From contig JBDRCZ010000019.1 in the NCBI GenBank assembly GCA_043821285.1, forward strand, positions 2,234 to 66,233: a DNA stretch of 64,000 nucleotides. Reading direction: 5' to 3'. Under the pieces are notes generated by a model. It was not told where the DNA came from and did no database searches. It worked only from the letters and a program-made list of their open reading frames with translations. Source of the DNA: Candidatus Omnitrophota bacterium. Its GTDB lineage: Bacteria > Omnitrophota > Gorgyraeia > B26-G9 > JBDRCZ01. How positions within the stretch are numbered: the stretch's first letter is position 1; every line of letters begins with the position of its first letter. Position numbers and translations under genes: made by a program. Positions 58,968-64,000 of this stretch are shown piece by piece.

Positions 58968-60926
58968 CTAAAAGGTATAAGTAAAATTAGCCGTAATCCT
59001 TCTTGTTATATCAGCAGTATCTATCGGATAATCATCATACTTATTATCAAAAAGATTCCAAACGGACAATGCTACTTCCGCATTATTATTTAACAGTCTA
59101 AGTTTATAACCCAGGCGCACATTAACAATAAGATAATCGTCTGCTTTCCCTCCGCCGATTGTTCTGCCTTGAAGGGGAGGATTTGCAGAATTGTACCAGG
59201 CATATTCTAACCAGTTTGTAGAACCTCGATAATGGAGAGAAACATTTGCTGAAATTCTATTTGCAAACTGCGCTCTTAGTTGAGCATTAAACATATGTTC
59301 TGGAGTCATCAACAAAAAGTCGCGATCACTAACATCATCCTCCCACATCTTATAATAGGTATAATTAAATACACCACTCAACCAGTCAGTAACCGGATAC
59401 TTTAACTCTATTTCTGCCCCATACTGCATCAGGTTTTCTGCATTTACATAGTCTATTATTTGCGGCGGACCTAAAAATATAGTTCTTTTGGCAATATAAT
59501 CAGCGACCTTAGTATAGAATAGATTAGTCTCTATACTCAATTTTTCAACCCATCCTCGGTAACCAATTTCCAAGGTCTCTGCTTTTTCAGGTTCAAGGGT
59601 TTCATATCCTGTGAGAATATAGGTGCCAGGGATCACATAACTTACATAGCTCTCAACAAAATCAGGATTGCGAAAGGCACTTGAACTGGTAAAACGAAAA
59701 TGATGCTTCTCATTAGGAGAATAAAGAAAGGCTAAGCGGTGAGAATTGGTATCTCCAGTATTGGGGTGGAAATCAAACCGCAGTCCGGTATCAATACTAA
59801 AATTATCAGTAAGTTTATAAACATTATCCGCATATACGCCACTCATGTCGTGTCTGCGTTTACCGCAAAGAACGCTAAGAACTTTAACCTGGCTAACATT
59901 AGCTCCCCACACAAAGATATCGTTCCCAAAAGGCTCAAAAGAATGCTGGAATTCTGCACCCTGCAATTTCATTTGCGACGCAGCGTTCCTCGCCACTCCT
60001 TTAGAGTTACCACTATCCCAATGGTCCTTAAAAGACCAAAAAACACGAGAAATTATATTAGGGTCACGAGAGGTATATGATACTGCGGTAAAGTAATAGT
60101 CAGAATCTGCATAGTCTATCGCACCGGTGCTTTCAGAAAACCCATAACACTCTCGTAGATCCATATAGCTTCCCACAAGATTAACCTTAGAGTTATCATC
60201 AATAATATAATCAACACTGGCATTTGTTCGGGGATATTTGCCTACCGGGTTATCTAAGTAAGCAATAGAACCGGAAAAATTATCCCGATAATCTAACCCC
60301 AAAGAAAGCCGGTAATCTATTTTATTCTCTATTGAGCTTCCATGCAGGTAATTGCCGACAATTGTATTATCTTCTCCGACTGTTAAAGAAACTAACGTCC
60401 CCGGTATATCCTTAAGTTTTTTGGTAATTATATTCACTAATCCGAGCATCGCATTAGCGCCATAAAGAGAAGAACCAGGTCCTCGTAATACCTCTATCCT
60501 TTCAATTTCTTCTAAGGCTATTGGTAACGGATAGTACGCCGGGCGATTATACATATCCCATTGCCAAAGTACTCCGTCAATTAAAAGTAATGTTTTATTT
60601 CCTGGTAATTTTTCAAAACCTCTTATGCCGCCGGCAATCATATAATTAGCTGCGGTGTAGCCTATATGCACGCCTGGGGTCATAATAAATGCTTCACCAA
60701 GTTGTGTTGCCCCTAATTGCTTAATGTCTTCACTGGTTATAACTGATATTGCTGAAGGAGCCTCGACGATCTTCTGTTCCCTTTTTGCGGCAGTAACAAT
60801 TATGTCTTCTCCGTAAATGAGCTCCAACTCCTCAATTTCTATTTCTTGGGCAGCGATTCTTAAAGAAAAAAAAGACAAAATCATCACCAGAGAAAAAACT
60901 ATCTGATAAGACGCTACTTTAGTCAT
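58968..60926 (-). CDS. TonB-dependent receptor
   Basis: Plug IERIEVLRGPGSSLYGANA, L.PE, NLFD, C-terminal YTF. Confidence 0.93.
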   Translation of the reverse strand: MTKVASYQIVFSLVMILSFFSLRIAAQEIEIEELELIYGEDIIVTAAKREQKIVEAPSAISVITSEDIKQLGATQLGEAFIMTPGVHIGYTAANYMIAGGIRGFEKLPGNKTLLLIDGVLWQWDMYNRPAYYPLPIALEEIERIEVLRGPGSSLYGANAMLGLVNIITKKLKDIPGTLVSLTVGEDNTIVGNYLHGSSIENKIDYRLSLGLDYRDNFSGSIAYLDNPVGKYPRTNASVDYIIDDNSKVNLVGSYMDLRECYGFSESTGAIDYADSDYYFTAVSYTSRDPNIISRVFWSFKDHWDSGNSKGVARNAASQMKLQGAEFQHSFEPFGNDIFVWGANVSQVKVLSVLCGKRRHDMSGVYADNVYKLTDNFSIDTGLRFDFHPNTGDTNSHRLAFLYSPNEKHHFRFTSSSAFRNPDFVESYVSYVIPGTYILTGYETLEPEKAETLEIGYRGWVEKLSIETNLFYTKVADYIAKRTIFLGPPQIIDYVNAENLMQYGAEIELKYPVTDWLSGVFNYTYYKMWEDDVSDRDFLLMTPEHMFNAQLRAQFANRISANVSLHYRGSTNWLEYAWYNSANPPLQGRTIGGGKADDYLIVNVRLGYKLRLLNNNAEVALSVWNLFDNKYDDYPIDTADITRRITANFTYTF

Positions 60927-60985
60927 TCTTGTCTCCTGGCAAATATAACCGCATTGTCATATTTGCCGGTAAAATTATCTGAAGC

Positions 60986-62839
60986 TCAAAATTTATAGCT
61001 TGCACTTACTGTTACTCGCCGGCCGATTTCATCGGCTGAGACCAGTCCAAGGTTTGCACCCTCACGGTGTCGCTCCTCAAATAGATTATAGACGGCAATA
61101 GCAAACTCCAGGTTATCTTTGAACAGGTAGGCCACGCGGGTATCTACCGTGGTATAAGCATCAATCCTCACGGGCACGGTTACCGGAAAAATCGATGAAC
61201 CGACGTCATAAAATTTATCTGCGTAATGGATACCCATATTTGCTGACCACCGATCAAACCTGGCGTTAAAACCAAAATTAAGCATATGCGCTGGAGAAAC
61301 ATCCAAATCATCATAGTCTTCTCTATGAATATTTTGATAGGTATAACTAACAAAGCCCGTCAGCCAATGAATAAGTAAAATATCAACCCCTAATTCTGCG
61401 CCCTGTTGATAGGCACTAGCCGCATTGGCATAACTTAATCCGGCGGGTTTAATTATATCTTGATAATCATTATAAAAAAGCGTTGCGTTTAGTTTGACTC
61501 TCTGGAACAAATAAGTATCATAAGCTAACTCATACGTGGTAATCTTTTCTTTTGTTAAAGAAATATTCCCCAGGGAAATAGCGCCCGGCATAATTGCCCC
61601 TTCACTATAAAACTGCAGTAAAGAAGGTATATAATAACCATTAGCAATCGTGAAACGCATGGTCTGGTCACTGCTCAGACCATAGATAATACTTCCCCGG
61701 CCTAAACCAATAAAATCCAACTCCGAAACATATTCTAACCGACCGCCTAACGTAAACATGAGCTGGTCATTGAAGCGATATTCATTTTCCGCGTTAACCG
61801 CGAAATCCTTTAAATCACATTTCTCCTTAACATTTGTATCATTGTTTATTGTCGTCAGATAAACATGCTTCAGATAACCGCCAAAAGTCGTAATATTATT
61901 ATCCCATCTTACGATTTTCAAGACTTCAAACTCATAATTATTATCATCGTAATTAATCGTCTGTGAACTTAAGTAACAATCTTTACAATGACTGTTATAG
62001 AAAAACCGCGCCCACAAATCAGCGGTTTCATAATGCGCGCTAAGATATGTGTTTTCCGGATCACAAATACCGCCAACTACTCTATCGGTATCACCATAAC
62101 GTCCGCTTAAAGATATCGCTGTTTCCTCATCAATATGATAAATCGTTTTCAAGCCATAGTAATCAGTATTAGCATCCCGGTCATCTATGCCTGGCTGCCA
62201 GCGTTTTGCCTCACGATGACCAACAGAAATACTATAATCCCAGTTCTCATGACTACCGCCGTGCAGAAAATTACCGGTTTTCGTATCATATTCACCCATA
62301 GTTATTTTTGTTTCCGTTCCATTTATCTGGTTAGGTGTTTTCGTAACAATATTAATAACCCCGCTAAAGGCATTTCCGCCATAGAATATCGCGCCAGGTC
62401 CTTTAATAATTTCAATGCGTTCTATCTCTTCCAACCCAATCGGCACGGCATCCCAGAAAATTACATTCGCATGGTAAATAAAGATGTTACTGCCATCTAA
62501 GGTAACTAAGACGTGTTGGCTATCAGGAAAACCACGAATACCCACAAAATGGTCCCCTGCTCTAAGCTCTCTCACCTCGATGCCACTTACCTGTCGTAAA
62601 ACATCGGCAATACCTACTGCCCCGGAAGCGATTATTTCATCCGCGGTAATTACCGCGATACTGGATGCAGCCTCACTAATTGGTTGTTCTCTCTTTGCCG
62701 AGGAAAATACGAGCACTTCTCCGCCATAGATCTTTTCTAATTCGGCAATTTCTATTTCTTGCGCAAAAACTCCCCTGGTTAAAAGGACTAACCCCAAGAA
62801 AAAAAGACCGGTTATTCGATATCTTTCTACCTTACTCAT
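60986..62839 (-). CDS. TonB-dependent receptor
   Basis: Plug IERIEIIKGPGAIFYG, NLFE, C-terminal YKF; paralog of 58968. Confidence 0.93.
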   Translation of the reverse strand: MSKVERYRITGLFFLGLVLLTRGVFAQEIEIAELEKIYGGEVLVFSSAKREQPISEAASSIAVITADEIIASGAVGIADVLRQVSGIEVRELRAGDHFVGIRGFPDSQHVLVTLDGSNIFIYHANVIFWDAVPIGLEEIERIEIIKGPGAIFYGGNAFSGVINIVTKTPNQINGTETKITMGEYDTKTGNFLHGGSHENWDYSISVGHREAKRWQPGIDDRDANTDYYGLKTIYHIDEETAISLSGRYGDTDRVVGGICDPENTYLSAHYETADLWARFFYNSHCKDCYLSSQTINYDDNNYEFEVLKIVRWDNNITTFGGYLKHVYLTTINNDTNVKEKCDLKDFAVNAENEYRFNDQLMFTLGGRLEYVSELDFIGLGRGSIIYGLSSDQTMRFTIANGYYIPSLLQFYSEGAIMPGAISLGNISLTKEKITTYELAYDTYLFQRVKLNATLFYNDYQDIIKPAGLSYANAASAYQQGAELGVDILLIHWLTGFVSYTYQNIHREDYDDLDVSPAHMLNFGFNARFDRWSANMGIHYADKFYDVGSSIFPVTVPVRIDAYTTVDTRVAYLFKDNLEFAIAVYNLFEERHREGANLGLVSADEIGRRVTVSASYKF

Positions 62840-62957
62840 TTTTAGCCTCCCATTTTCTTGATATCAAAATTCAATCCGTAAGTTTAGCTAAATAAATGCC
62901 TCGACAACATGTTGCGCGGCATTTTATCCGTTTTTAGCAGCAATATCCCTAATTTTA

Positions 62958-62985
62958 ATTATACAAATATTTTTTCTTTTGTCAA
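62958..62985 (-). promoter_or_regulatory. Sigma70 promoter for the TBDR/signalling cluster
   Basis: TTGACA-16-TATAAT. Confidence 0.7.
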
Positions 62986-63048
62986 CATTATAGTTACAAT
63001 AATTTTATAGTTGATTTCTGATTATATTAGATTTATAATCAAAGCATT

Positions 63049-64000
63049 ATGAAAAAAACCATTTTAACCCTGCTCATAATAATTCTAATCATTCTAATTT
63101 TAGCCCCCTTTTTGGGATATTTGTACATCAACAAAATCCTGCTGCCTAAAAGAATAAAACCGCAATTAATAAAAATCATCCGCGAAACAACCGATGCTAA
63201 TGCCACAATCGATGAAATGTTTCTAACTCCTGCCGGTAATATAATTTTTAAAAATTTTAGGCTCTCTGCGCTTGACTCTGATAAACAAATATTTTTATTT
63301 GGGCAGCTTTTGCTAAAAACGGATTACAAAAGACTATTATTAGTAATTACCCGCAAACACCCGGCTATTTTGCTTAATGCCGGTCTATCCGGGCTAAGAA
63401 TTAATGCCGAGGATTTAGAAGTTAGCGGAGAACTCAATCTCACCGCTAAAATTTCTCCTAACTTTGCTGATTGGACTTCTTCAGATTATGAAGGAATACT
63501 GACTTTAAGTGAATTTGCGATTAAAAATATTCCGAAAATAAATTCGCTTAAAAATATTGGCGGCAAAATTAGTTTTAATAAAAATAAGATTTTATCTGAA
63601 GACCTCCGCGGATTTATTGCCGGTATTATTCCGCTGACCTTAGATATTTCCGTAGAAGACTATTTAAAAGATCCGAACATAACCCTGCAATTAAACACCT
63701 TAGACCTGAACATAGCCTGCAACCTATTAAAAACCCAAAACAATATCCTGCTCAATAAATTAACCGCCCGTTTAGGTGCGAGCATGTTAACTATCCATGG
63801 CACAATTAAAAACATCACTTCGCCAGAGGTTTATCTCACCGCTAATTTAGACGCAAATTTAAATACGCTCAGCGCCCTGCCCCTGGGGCAAGATTACTTA
63901 CAAAATATAAACTTAAGCGGCCAAGTCAAAGCCGAGGGAACGCTCTCCGGCCCCCTAAGTAACCTTGACCAGTTAAAACTTTCTCTCTTATTTTCGTCTT
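63049..64000 (+). CDS. AsmA/DUF748-like membrane-anchored protein (partial)
   Basis: MKKTILTLLIIILIILILAPFLGYLYINKILLP...; N-terminal anchor and beta-rich sequence running toward the window end; TTGATT-17-TATAAT just upstream. Confidence 0.6.
   Translation, partial: MKKTILTLLIIILIILILAPFLGYLYINKILLPKRIKPQLIKIIRETTDANATIDEMFLTPAGNIIFKNFRLSALDSDKQIFLFGQLLLKTDYKRLLLVITRKHPAILLNAGLSGLRINAEDLEVSGELNLTAKISPNFADWTSSDYEGILTLSEFAIKNIPKINSLKNIGGKISFNKNKILSEDLRGFIAGIIPLTLDISVEDYLKDPNITLQLNTLDLNIACNLLKTQNNILLNKLTARLGASMLTIHGTIKNITSPEVYLTANLDANLNTLSALPLGQDYLQNINLSGQVKAEGTLSGPLSNLDQLKLSLLFSS

Noticed and set aside
2972-62895. Numerous plus-strand ORFs in the track (60-170 aa)
   Set aside because: They are antisense shadows of well-supported minus-strand genes and have no recognisable motifs

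Overview
AT-rich bacterial chromosome segment of a diderm organism. Gene content is reminiscent of PVC-group Omnitrophota, but this is an inference only. Almost all genes are on the minus strand. (1) 1-31.9 kb: a large Wzx/Wzy-type exopolysaccharide locus headed by a sigma54-type promoter and a MerR-like HTH gene. It encodes Wza, a split Wzc, a nucleotide-sugar dehydrogenase, ManC, GT4s, three polysaccharide deacetylases and a tailoring block (two radical SAM/SPASM enzymes, three GNATs, an ATP-grasp ligase, a PrpF-family isomerase, a kinase, methyltransferases). (2) 32-43 kb: housekeeping genes (RNase P RNA overlapped by rnhA, zinc-ribbon protein, tRNA-Val(CAC), tRNA-Ile2(CAT), GT2/O-antigen ligase, patatin, MEMO, M16 peptidase, rpsU). 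(3) 43.3-62.9 kb: a co-directional signalling cluster with two TonB-dependent receptors, three orphan ABC-type substrate-binding proteins, an MCP and a histidine kinase sharing a paralogous sensor domain, a signal-peptide-bearing alpha/beta-hydrolase-CheR-TPR fusion, an APC permease, two atypical single-domain receivers, a REC-GAF-HD-GYP protein and a TonB-like protein. Intergenic spaces are filled with several families of small, nested, structured repeats. These include IS1-like MITEs with target-site duplications and a ~175-bp hairpin family with compensatory changes and a codon-like substitution pattern. No CRISPR array or intact transposase was seen.
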